NCBI GenBank assembly: GCA_009840575.1
Contig: VXNO01000017.1
Span: forward strand, 7,497-71,496
Direction of reading: 5' to 3'
Length of the DNA: 64,000 nt
Source: Chloroflexota bacterium
GTDB lineage: Bacteria; Chloroflexota; Anaerolineae; Aggregatilineales; Phototrophicaceae
The first letter of the stretch is position 1; every line of letters starts with the position of its first letter. The notes below the pieces were generated by a model. It did not search any database, was not told the origin of the DNA, and worked only from the letters and a program-made list of their open reading frames with translations. Of this stretch, positions 26,130-34,451 are shown piece after piece. A program made the position numbers and the translations under genes.

Positions 26130-27764
26130 ATGGCGCAAAATGCCGGCTATGCTTGGTGGCTGTCGGCTGGAGGAGAGCACACGGTGATACGCGAGGCGGA
26201 CTACATCATCATCGGCGCTGGCTCGGCTGGGGCAGCGGTTGCGGCGCGCCTAAGCGAAGACCCGCGCGCGACTGTGCTGCTGTTGGAAGCTGGCGGACCA
26301 GACAGCGACCCGACCATCCATGTGCCGGCGCGTTTTTCCGAACTTTTCCACAGCGATATCGACTGGGATTATGAAACTGTGCCTCAGCCGGGCTTGAATG
26401 GGCGGCGGGAATATGTACCGCGCGGAAAAGTGTATGGCGGCACCAGCTCCATGAACGCCATGGTTTATCAGCGCGGGCATCCTTCTGATTATGATGGCTG
26501 GGCGGAGGCGGGCAACCAAGGCTGGGCATACCAGGATCTGCTGCCTTGGTTCAAGAAGATGCAGCATCAGGAGCGCGGTGAATCGTGGCATCACGGCAGC
26601 GGCGGGCCAATCAACGTGGCTGACCTGCAAGACCCGAATCCATTGAGTCGGGCTTTTGTGGCTGGCGCGCTAGAGCTAGGATATGCGCCGCGCGAAGATT
26701 TCAACGCGGGACAGCAAGAAGGTTTTGGGCTATACCAGGTTACGCAGAAGCGCGGACAGCGGCACAGCAGCGCGGTCGGATACTTGCGACCAGCTTTGCA
26801 GCGCCCGAACTTCACCGCCCTGCCCTATGCTCATGCCACTCGCTTGTGTATTGAGGGCAAACGGTGCCAGGCGGTCGAGTTCTGGTGCCAGGGCGAGCGC
26901 AAAACAGCCTATGCCAGAAGGGAAGTCATCGTCTGTGGCGGCGCGATCAACTCGCCACAACTGCTGCTGCTTTCGGGCATAGGCGCGGCCGCGCAGCTTT
27001 CCAAGCACGGCATCCCAGTCGTAGTAGACCTACCTGGCGTTGGGCTGGGCTTGACCGATCATATGCAAGTGCCAGTCGCTTATCATTGCACTGCGCCAAT
27101 CAGCCTAGCCGGCAAAGACACCGCCGAGCAATTGCGGCTATATGAAGCAGGGCGCAGAGGCTTGCTGACATCAAACCTGGGCGAGGCGGGTGGATTTGTA
27201 CGGCTCGACTCGCGTTCACCAGCGCCCGAGCTGCAATATCATTTCGGGCCTGATTGGTTCATTCGGCACGGATTCGATCCGCCGCCGGGGCACGGCTTCA
27301 CTATTTTGGCTGGTTTGGTCGGCACAAAGAGCGCTGGCAAATTGGAGCTGGCATCGGCAGATCCCTTCGCTGCGCCCTTGATCGACTTTGCCTGCCTGAG
27401 CCACCCTGAGGATGTGCGCGTCCTGCTGGCGGGGGTCAAGTTGGCGCGGCGCATCGCCCAAAGCAGCGCATTTGATGCCTACCGCGGCGAAGAGTTCTTG
27501 CCCGGCGCGCAGCTAAGGGATGACGCGGAGTTGACCCGCTTCATCCGCAAGTTCGCCACCACGATCTATCATCCCGCCTGCAGCTGCAAGATGGGCAAAG
27601 ACCGACTGGCGGTGGTGGACGAACGACTTCGTCTACATGGAATTGAAGGACTGCGCGTGGCTGACGCTTCAATTATGCCGCGCATCGTCAACGCCAACAC
27701 CAATGCGCCCTGCATTATGATCGGCGAAAAAGCGGCGGACATGATCCGCGAGGACAATAGATAA
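26130..27764 (+). CDS. GMC-family FAD oxidoreductase (choline/glucose dehydrogenase-like)
   Basis: ..DYIIIGAGSAGAAVAARLSED.. FAD-binding fold, ..GGTSSMNAMVYQRG.. GMC signature, C-terminal ..YHPACSCKMG.. active-site His region. The true start may be slightly downstream. Confidence 0.9.
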   Translation: MAQNAGYAWWLSAGGEHTVIREADYIIIGAGSAGAAVAARLSEDPRATVLLLEAGGPDSDPTIHVPARFSELFHSDIDWDYETVPQPGLNGRREYVPRGKVYGGTSSMNAMVYQRGHPSDYDGWAEAGNQGWAYQDLLPWFKKMQHQERGESWHHGSGGPINVADLQDPNPLSRAFVAGALELGYAPREDFNAGQQEGFGLYQVTQKRGQRHSSAVGYLRPALQRPNFTALPYAHATRLCIEGKRCQAVEFWCQGERKTAYARREVIVCGGAINSPQLLLLSGIGAAAQLSKHGIPVVVDLPGVGLGLTDHMQVPVAYHCTAPISLAGKDTAEQLRLYEAGRRGLLTSNLGEAGGFVRLDSRSPAPELQYHFGPDWFIRHGFDPPPGHGFTILAGLVGTKSAGKLELASADPFAAPLIDFACLSHPEDVRVLLAGVKLARRIAQSSAFDAYRGEEFLPGAQLRDDAELTRFIRKFATTIYHPACSCKMGKDRLAVVDERLRLHGIEGLRVADASIMPRIVNANTNAPCIMIGEKAADMIREDNR

Positions 27765-30241
27765 TGACAGCCTCACAACACAAGCCGCGCCTGCCTGGCG
27801 AGCCAAGCGTGAATAAACCCAAGGATCGTCAGCTTAGCGCCGCAACGCGCCGTCTGTACGACAAGTGGGGACGGTATCAAGATTCCACCAGCGAGTTCTA
27901 TACGACATTCAAATACAGCCGCCTCACAGGAATCGGCAAGCAAGCCGGCATCACCCGCCGCGACCCGACCACTGTGCTTCGAATAGACGGCACCTATTTC
28001 GTCTGGTACACGCGCCGCCAAACAGAAAATGACCGCGACATCCGCAACAAGCCTCCTCATCAACAGCAGACCTGGCATACACCTGTCTACGATTGGGACC
28101 TGGCGGAGATATGGTACGCCACATCGCAAGATGGCTTTCATTGGCAAGAGCGCGGCGTGGCCATCAGGCGCGGACCGAAAGATGCTTACGATGGCCGTTC
28201 GGTCTTCACACCCGATGTCCTGATGACTAAGCAGGGCTACTATCTGTATTATCAAGCTGTCGATTATCCCTATTGCACGCGCACGCGCAACAGCATCGGC
28301 ATGTCATTCGCAAGCTCGCCGCATGGGCCTTGGCAGCGCGTCGAAAGACCAGTGTTGCGACCCGGCGCGGCAGGCGAATGGCTAAACGATGATGACTCGG
28401 ACGAAGTCATCCGCTATGGTGATTGGGACAGCCACAAAGTGCATGACCCTTTCATCCTGGCGCGGGATGGTCGCTACTGGCTATATTACAAAGGACAGCC
28501 CATGGGTTGGACGACCCGCTATTCTCGCGGCATCGGCTGGGGTGTCGCAATCGCCGACCAGCCCGATGGACCTTTCGTGAAATCGCCACTCAATCCCCTC
28601 ACCAACAGCGGGCATGAGACTTGTCTGTTCCCGTATGGCGAAGGCTTGTTAGCGATTTGCGGACACGATGGCCCCGAGAAAGACACTATCCAATATGCAG
28701 CTGATGGGCTGAACTTCGAAGTAGTTGCGCATGTCACGCTGCCCCCGCCAGCTGGAGGGCCTTTCGCGCCAGATTCCTATGCGGACACAGCTGATGGCAG
28801 CGGCATCACCTGGGGGCTCGCGCATATCGCCACTGAAGAGCTGAAGCGCGGCAACTCCTATCTCATTCGTTTTGATTGCAACTTGCGCCCTGGGCTCGAG
28901 CGACCCGGTTTTCGCGGCACGAATATCCGCTTCCCCGAATCAGTCTATTTTTCGCCGGATATCGCGCTGAACGAAGACAACAAACAACCTTTGCGCTATG
29001 CAAGCAAGCCAGAGCCGCCGCCGCGGGCCCCGCTACTTGAAACCCTGAGCCGGGCATCTCAACGCGTGTACAAGACTTTTGGGCAGTACAAAGACCAAGG
29101 CAGTGAGTTCTTCTCGGCATTTAAATATTCGTCAATCAGCGGACTGGGAAAAGAGCTGGGCTGCACGCGGCGCGACCCATCCAAGGTCATCCGCGTCGGC
29201 GAAAAGTATTTTGTCTGGTATACACGCCGCAAAACCGCACAGACCTGGCGCGGCACCCAGCAAGCCAGCAGTACGCGCCCAGCCTGGGCCTGGGACATGG
29301 CGGATATCTGGTACGCTGAATCACCAGATGGATTCCATTGGCGGGAATGCGGACCCGCTGTGCTTCGTGGCGCGCCGGGCAGCTTTGACGACCGCTCGGT
29401 ATTCACTCCCGATATCTTGATACATGGTGGCAAATTCTATCTATACTACCAAGTATCACAGGGTATATGGACTCAGCGGGCGCGCCACCTGATCGGCATG
29501 GCTTGGGCGGAATCCCCATATGGTCCCTGGACGAAGCTCGACCAGCCGGTATTGCAGCCCGGCCTGGCTGGCGAGATTGTTGGCGCGGATGATGATGCCG
29601 ATGCAATCGGCAGCTTCGGCGAATGGGACTCGCACAAATTGCATGATCCCTTTGTCTTGCGCTACCGCGGGCAGATTTGGCTGTATTACAAAGGTGTGCA
29701 ATACGGGCGGACATATCGTCATGATCTGGGCATCGGCTGGGGCGTGGCTATGGCGGATGACCCGCGAGGACCCTTTGTCAAGTCGTCTTTGAACCCGATC
29801 ACCAACAGTGGCCACGAGACCTTTCTCTATCCTTTCCGCAAAGGCATAGTCGCTATCACCAGCCACGAAGGCCCCGAGAAGAATACAGTCCAATACGCAA
29901 GCGATGGGCTAAACTTCCAAGTAGTCGGCAAAGTATCTGTGCCGCCCGTTGCGGCTGGCCCCTATGTGCCCGATGCTTTCACCGACAGCCAAGACGGACG
30001 CGGCATCAGTTGGGGCTTGTCACACATCCACCACGATGATGCAGGGCCGCTCGCGGATTCTTACTTGGTACGTTTCGACTGCAACCTCAGTCGAGACGAG
30101 CAGCGCGCCGACTTTTACCGCGCCTGGAATTACCGCTTTCCTGAATCAGCCTATTTCAGCCAGGGATTTGCGCTGACACCACAAATGAAAAGCGAAGCGC
30201 TGCAGCTCATGCAAGCGATAGACACAGATACGATTGTCTGA
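27764..30241 (+). CDS. Tandem GH117-GH117 fusion protein (two complete GH117-like domains)
   Basis: 825 aa; start overlaps the GMC stop (TAATG). Each half has the full motif set: RRDPT/RRDPS, YFVWYTRR, WD(L/M)A(E/D)IWYA, VFTPD(V/I)L, YYLYYQ, SHK(V/L)HDPF, WLYYKG, NP(L/I)TNSGHET, GPEK(D/N)T(I/V)QYA(A/S)DGLNF, WGL(A/S)HI, (L/V)(I/V)RFDCNL. The Pro-rich linker ..ASKPEPPPRAP.. lies at about 29000-29035. Confidence 0.85.
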   Translation: MTASQHKPRLPGEPSVNKPKDRQLSAATRRLYDKWGRYQDSTSEFYTTFKYSRLTGIGKQAGITRRDPTTVLRIDGTYFVWYTRRQTENDRDIRNKPPHQQQTWHTPVYDWDLAEIWYATSQDGFHWQERGVAIRRGPKDAYDGRSVFTPDVLMTKQGYYLYYQAVDYPYCTRTRNSIGMSFASSPHGPWQRVERPVLRPGAAGEWLNDDDSDEVIRYGDWDSHKVHDPFILARDGRYWLYYKGQPMGWTTRYSRGIGWGVAIADQPDGPFVKSPLNPLTNSGHETCLFPYGEGLLAICGHDGPEKDTIQYAADGLNFEVVAHVTLPPPAGGPFAPDSYADTADGSGITWGLAHIATEELKRGNSYLIRFDCNLRPGLERPGFRGTNIRFPESVYFSPDIALNEDNKQPLRYASKPEPPPRAPLLETLSRASQRVYKTFGQYKDQGSEFFSAFKYSSISGLGKELGCTRRDPSKVIRVGEKYFVWYTRRKTAQTWRGTQQASSTRPAWAWDMADIWYAESPDGFHWRECGPAVLRGAPGSFDDRSVFTPDILIHGGKFYLYYQVSQGIWTQRARHLIGMAWAESPYGPWTKLDQPVLQPGLAGEIVGADDDADAIGSFGEWDSHKLHDPFVLRYRGQIWLYYKGVQYGRTYRHDLGIGWGVAMADDPRGPFVKSSLNPITNSGHETFLYPFRKGIVAITSHEGPEKNTVQYASDGLNFQVVGKVSVPPVAAGPYVPDAFTDSQDGRGISWGLSHIHHDDAGPLADSYLVRFDCNLSRDEQRADFYRAWNYRFPESAYFSQGFALTPQMKSEALQLMQAIDTDTIV

Positions 30242-30270
30242 TTCCTGAGGAGAATCGCAATGTCTGCGAA

Positions 30271-31125
30271 TTACACGACCTTTTCCGCGGCCAGGCTGAA
30301 CATGAGCGGGATGCGCTGGGGCAGGTGGCTGGGCATGGCATAACGGCGTCCGCCCAGCTCACGCATATCGGGCATGGGCTTGAAGCCGTTGCAATGGTCG
30401 TATTCGCGCAGGTGAGTCAGCCGCAAGCCCGCGCCCAGCAGCGCCATGATAACCTCGGCGATGCCCCATTGGTATTCGAAGCCGGGGTGCGGATTCACGA
30501 AGTCGACCACGCCGGCTTGCAGTTGCTTGGTCTCGGCGGCGCTGCCAGTTAGCGCCACATAATCACCCACGCCCGACTCGAATTCATAGACGACGCCACC
30601 CATGAAGTCGTAGCGAAGCCGCCACTGCTCATCGAACATGGCGAAGGCGGGGTGAAAATCCACCAGCACAAAGCGCCCGCCCGGCATTAAACAATTGGCG
30701 ATGCCACGTCCCCAAGCCGCCAGGTCAGAAAGCCAGCACAACACGCCATAAGACGCAAATGCGACAGCATATTCCCGCTCGCTTTGCTCAAAATAGTCGT
30801 AAATATCGGCGCGCAAAAAGTCGGCAGCGATGCCTGTGTCCTGCGATAGCTGCCGCGCAAAACGGATTGCCTCGTCGCTGATATCCACGCCAGTGCAGCG
30901 CGCGCCCAAATGCCTGGCGATGCTCAAGGTATCTTGCCCAGCATTGCATTGCAGGTGCAGCAGGGTTTTGCCAGCCACATCGCTGAGCAGCGTAGTCTCT
31001 TCGGAGAATAACGTACTGCCGCCCGCCCGGAAGAAGTCGGCTTGGTCACCCTTGTGGCTGTTGTGCGCCTTTGTGCCTTCATTCCAAGCCAGGCGGTTGC
31101 TCTCGTGCTGTCTGCGGTTGGGCAT
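30271..31125 (-). CDS. Class I SAM-dependent methyltransferase
   Basis: Start taken at MPNRRQHE.. (31125). Motif I-like ..LLHLQCNAGQDTL.., ..GVDISDEAI.., ..LMPGGRFVL.. Confidence 0.7.
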   Translation of the reverse strand: MPNRRQHESNRLAWNEGTKAHNSHKGDQADFFRAGGSTLFSEETTLLSDVAGKTLLHLQCNAGQDTLSIARHLGARCTGVDISDEAIRFARQLSQDTGIAADFLRADIYDYFEQSEREYAVAFASYGVLCWLSDLAAWGRGIANCLMPGGRFVLVDFHPAFAMFDEQWRLRYDFMGGVVYEFESGVGDYVALTGSAAETKQLQAGVVDFVNPHPGFEYQWGIAEVIMALLGAGLRLTHLREYDHCNGFKPMPDMRELGGRRYAMPSHLPQRIPLMFSLAAEKVV

Positions 31126-31189
31126 GGTGGAGTTTACTCTGCGTTTTTTTGGATGGACAGCGAACATTCTAATTGCAGGATTGCCCGCC

Positions 31190-31228
31190 GGCAAGCGGCT
31201 TGCCGCCGCGACTCGCGCGCACTATAAT
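31190..31228 (+). promoter_or_regulatory. Promoter of the XRE regulator gene with a palindrome over the -35 box
   Basis: TTGCCG (31200-31205), 17 nt, TATAAT (31223-31228). A perfect inverted repeat GGCAAGC-G-GCTTGCC lies at 31190-31204. Confidence 0.55.
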
Positions 31229-31243
31229 GCCCGCTATACGAGT

Positions 31244-31969
31244 ATGAGCGTCCTGATGCCTGCAACCGACCTGGCGAGCGCTGTCGTTGCTGCCCTGCAA
31301 CCAGCCGCCGACAATCCGCCAGCCGCGCGGAACCTGCCCCTGGCGAAGTGCCTGCGCGCCAAGATCATCGGTCTGCTGCTGCGCAAGACGCGGTTGGCTG
31401 CCGAATGCACTTCCACAGCCTGCGCTGAGTTCTTGCAGGTCCCGCCAGCGCGCTACGTGGCTTGGGAACATGGCGAAGCAGTCCCCAGCCTGCCTGAGCT
31501 TGAGTTGCTCGCCGGCTTCCTGCAAGGAGCGCCAACTCCGCGCCAACAAAGCGACTACCGCTTGCTGCGCCAGCGCATCATCGGCGCGCAACTGCAAATG
31601 GCTCGTCAAGCGTCTGGTGAAGCTGCTGCGCGCAGCATAGTCCCGCCCGAGACGCTGCGAGCATACGAACTAGGCGAGCGCAGCATCCCGATGACAAATC
31701 TCAGCGCGCTGGCTCAAGCTTTTGGCATCAAGCTAAGCGCTTTCCTGAAAACCACCCCAACAAACAGTAGCGCCGCGCAAGCAACCGATGGCAACGCAGC
31801 GACCTTGCCTGGCTTCGCTGCCAATCGACAGAACGCCGCTTATATCCGCCTGGCGATGGCGTTTCGTCACATCCAGGCGGAGGACTTGAATCATATCGCC
31901 GATGCGCTCTTCGCCATCATCAAGGAGCGCGCCCAAGGCGACATCGCCGAGCCCAATGCCGCGTCTTGA
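31244..31969 (+). CDS. XRE-family transcriptional regulator with two tandem HTH units
   Basis: Start taken at MSVLMPATD.. (31244). The longer ORF-track N-terminus is antisense to the methyltransferase. The two XRE-like units are ..AEFLQVPPARYVAWEHGEAVPSLPELELLAGFL.. and ..RSIVPPETLRAYELGERSIPMTNLSALAQAFGIKLSAFL.. Confidence 0.7.
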   Translation: MSVLMPATDLASAVVAALQPAADNPPAARNLPLAKCLRAKIIGLLLRKTRLAAECTSTACAEFLQVPPARYVAWEHGEAVPSLPELELLAGFLQGAPTPRQQSDYRLLRQRIIGAQLQMARQASGEAAARSIVPPETLRAYELGERSIPMTNLSALAQAFGIKLSAFLKTTPTNSSAAQATDGNAATLPGFAANRQNAAYIRLAMAFRHIQAEDLNHIADALFAIIKERAQGDIAEPNAAS

Positions 31970-34379
31970 TGCCGGCGCAATGGCTGCCAGCCGCAAGCTG
32001 TTGCACCGCGCCCGCTTGTGCCTGCTGCTAATTGTCTTGATGGCTGGCGTCTATCTGCTGAGCTTCCGAGCGGTGCCTCAGTCGGGCGATACCCTGCGTA
32101 CCTTCGACGCCATTACCAGCTATGCTCGCTTTGGTGATTGGCTGCTGGATGAATCGAACTGGACAGAATTGCCGCAGCGCATCCGGGCGTCTTATAAGCT
32201 GCCCCTGCGCAAGTACGATGTCGAAGAGCGGCTGCAGGTTAGGCTCGCCCTGCCCTTGCTGCAACTGGCGCAAAGCCTGCCCCGCTTCGGCAACATTCAC
32301 GCCGTCTGGCTATTCAATGTCATTGTAACCGCTCTGGCTGTCGCGCTGATTTTTCTGCTGGCGCGCGGGATGGGCTATGGCGATACCACTGCCCTGCTCG
32401 TCGCCCTGAGTAGCGGGCTGGCGACCAATCTGTGGGCATATAGCCAGGCGCTCTTCCGTGAGCCGCTGGCGGCGTTTTTCATTCTTTTATCCCTATATTT
32501 CTTGCAACTCAGCAGGCGGCGAAGCTGGTGGCTGCGCCTGCTCGGCTGGTTCTGCGCGGCTGGGGCGCTGCTGCTGGCGACGCAAGTCAAGATGTCGGCG
32601 GCGCTGGCATTGCCGGCTGTCTTGGTCTTTGCCTTGCCCGAGTCAGACGAAGCGCCCAGTTGGCTGGCAACCGTCTACAAAACGTTATTGGCTGCCCCGC
32701 TGCTGGCGCTGGCTGTGTTCATGCTGCTGGATCCGCTGCCTGAGGCGCTGCTCGACCAACTGGCTGGCGCGGGCTTGGCTGGCGAGTATATCAGCTTCGC
32801 TTTGCGCAGCTATTTATTAAGCCCTGGCGCGAGCCTCTGGGGAACTTCGCCGGTCGCGCTGCTGGCGGTCGCTGGCTGCCTGCTGCTGGCTCGGCGCGGA
32901 CGCTGGCGCTTGCCCACGACCATTGCCCTGCTGGTAGCGGCTTATGCGCTAGGCCATGCGCTGCTGGTGGGCAGGCACTGGTTCGGCGGGCTGAGCTTCC
33001 CGCCGCGTTTCCTGACGCCCGTATTGCCGGCGCTGATGCTGGGGAGCGCGCCAGTCTTCCAGCGCATCTGGCAGGGGCGCAACCGCAAATTGGCGGCGTT
33101 GTGGGTCGCGCTCCTGCTCTACGGACTGTGGATTCAGTTCAGCGCGGTATCGCTCAGCTGGAGGCATTATGGCGAGTCCCTGCCGGCGGAGTCGGGTGGC
33201 TTGGCGGAGTGGCTGCCCTCAATGTTGCAGCCGCAGTATTTTCGCTGGTTCGTCTTGCCGCGGCGCTGGGCGGACCTCGGCTTTGACTTTGTATGGACCC
33301 GCGCTGACCTGCCGATTTGGGGCATCAGTTTCGGCATCTTGGTCACTGCTATTGCCGCCTGCCTGTGGCGAATCCTGCGCGACCCCGCCAGCCGCTGGCG
33401 ACATGCCGCGCTGCCCCTGGTGTTTTTATGCCTGCCCTTGGCCCTGCTGAACCTCAGCGCTACCTATACAAAAGACCCGCGAACTCGCTCGCAGGATTCA
33501 GCGCTGCGCGAAGCCATCCAGTATCTGGAAGAGCATAGCCGCGCCGACGATGTATTATTGCTGGGCAGCAACGATTATGCCGATTTCGTGATGAACCACC
33601 TGGACGCCGACCAGCCGCGCCCGATCACTTTGCCGCGTCCTTTGGCGCAAGCCGCCAGCGACAAACAGCCAGCGCTGGTCGAATCATCCAACCCCAATGA
33701 CTGGCTGGATGAACAAAGCGCGCGCGCAATTCAGCACCTGGCGCAACGGCAAGAGCGACTGTGGCTCTTGGCGGAGACCAGCCCCTTCATGACGTGGAGC
33801 TTCCGCCCGCTGGAGCGCTACCTGGCGCTGCACTACTACCCGCTGCGGGAGGTCACGCTGGGGCACAATGACCCAGCGGTGCGCCTGTTGGAGTACAGCA
33901 CAGCCGCCGCATTCAATCCGCTCAGCGCGTATGCCGGGGACATCGCCAGCGGCCTGCGCTATGGCGAGCATATTCGCCTGGACAGCATCACCTTGCCAAA
34001 TGGACTGCGCTACCCGCCGGGCGCAAGCATCGAAATCTTGCTGTATTGGCGGACGAACGCGCCCCTCGCGGAGGACTATACTGTGGCGATCTTCGTCGTC
34101 GACGCGGGCGCGCAGCGGGTCATCGCGCAAGGGCAGGATTCACCCCCACAAGCCGGTTTTGCGCCGACATCCGATTGGAATACGCTAGCGGGCGTCTGGG
34201 ACAATCGCGCGCTGCGCCTGCCCGATGACGCCCCGATTGGTGAGCTGCAATTGTGGCTGGCGCTGTATCGCTGGGATGAGGAAATCGGCGATATCCGACG
34301 TTTGCCAGTCACCCGCGGGCAGGCAGTGCACCAAGGCGAGATTGGTGTCTTGCCCCTTACTATCGTTGTGGTGCATTAA
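31956..34379 (+). CDS. Polytopic membrane protein, GT-C-fold glycosyltransferase-like, with C-terminal beta-rich soluble domain
   Basis: ATG at 31956 overlaps the regulator stop; alternative ATG at 31980. More than 10 hydrophobic segments with ArnT/PMT_2-like organisation. The C-terminal ..IEILLYWRT..DYTVAIFVVD.. domain is shared with the 38070 gene. Confidence 0.55.
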   Translation: MPRLDAGAMAASRKLLHRARLCLLLIVLMAGVYLLSFRAVPQSGDTLRTFDAITSYARFGDWLLDESNWTELPQRIRASYKLPLRKYDVEERLQVRLALPLLQLAQSLPRFGNIHAVWLFNVIVTALAVALIFLLARGMGYGDTTALLVALSSGLATNLWAYSQALFREPLAAFFILLSLYFLQLSRRRSWWLRLLGWFCAAGALLLATQVKMSAALALPAVLVFALPESDEAPSWLATVYKTLLAAPLLALAVFMLLDPLPEALLDQLAGAGLAGEYISFALRSYLLSPGASLWGTSPVALLAVAGCLLLARRGRWRLPTTIALLVAAYALGHALLVGRHWFGGLSFPPRFLTPVLPALMLGSAPVFQRIWQGRNRKLAALWVALLLYGLWIQFSAVSLSWRHYGESLPAESGGLAEWLPSMLQPQYFRWFVLPRRWADLGFDFVWTRADLPIWGISFGILVTAIAACLWRILRDPASRWRHAALPLVFLCLPLALLNLSATYTKDPRTRSQDSALREAIQYLEEHSRADDVLLLGSNDYADFVMNHLDADQPRPITLPRPLAQAASDKQPALVESSNPNDWLDEQSARAIQHLAQRQERLWLLAETSPFMTWSFRPLERYLALHYYPLREVTLGHNDPAVRLLEYSTAAAFNPLSAYAGDIASGLRYGEHIRLDSITLPNGLRYPPGASIEILLYWRTNAPLAEDYTVAIFVVDAGAQRVIAQGQDSPPQAGFAPTSDWNTLAGVWDNRALRLPDDAPIGELQLWLALYRWDEEIGDIRRLPVTRGQAVHQGEIGVLPLTIVVVH

Positions 34380-34451
34380 ATCGCTTATACTGCTTTTCGC
34401 CAGACTCGGGTAGACTTGAAGCTGCGCAGGCGTCATCATCAGAGGCAAGTA

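Noticed and set aside
8529-30241. tRNA-Val-linked genomic island carrying the polysaccharide locus
   Set aside because: There is no integrase, no direct repeat of the tRNA 3' end at the far side, and no obvious compositional break by eye. Apart from the local remnant at 25128-25982, the locus looks chromosomally integrated and old.
30830-31243. N-terminal 138 codons of the 379-aa ORF 30830-31969
   Set aside because: This part is antisense to the methyltransferase gene and runs through the promoter at 31200-31228. The XRE-type similarity begins after the Met at 31244.
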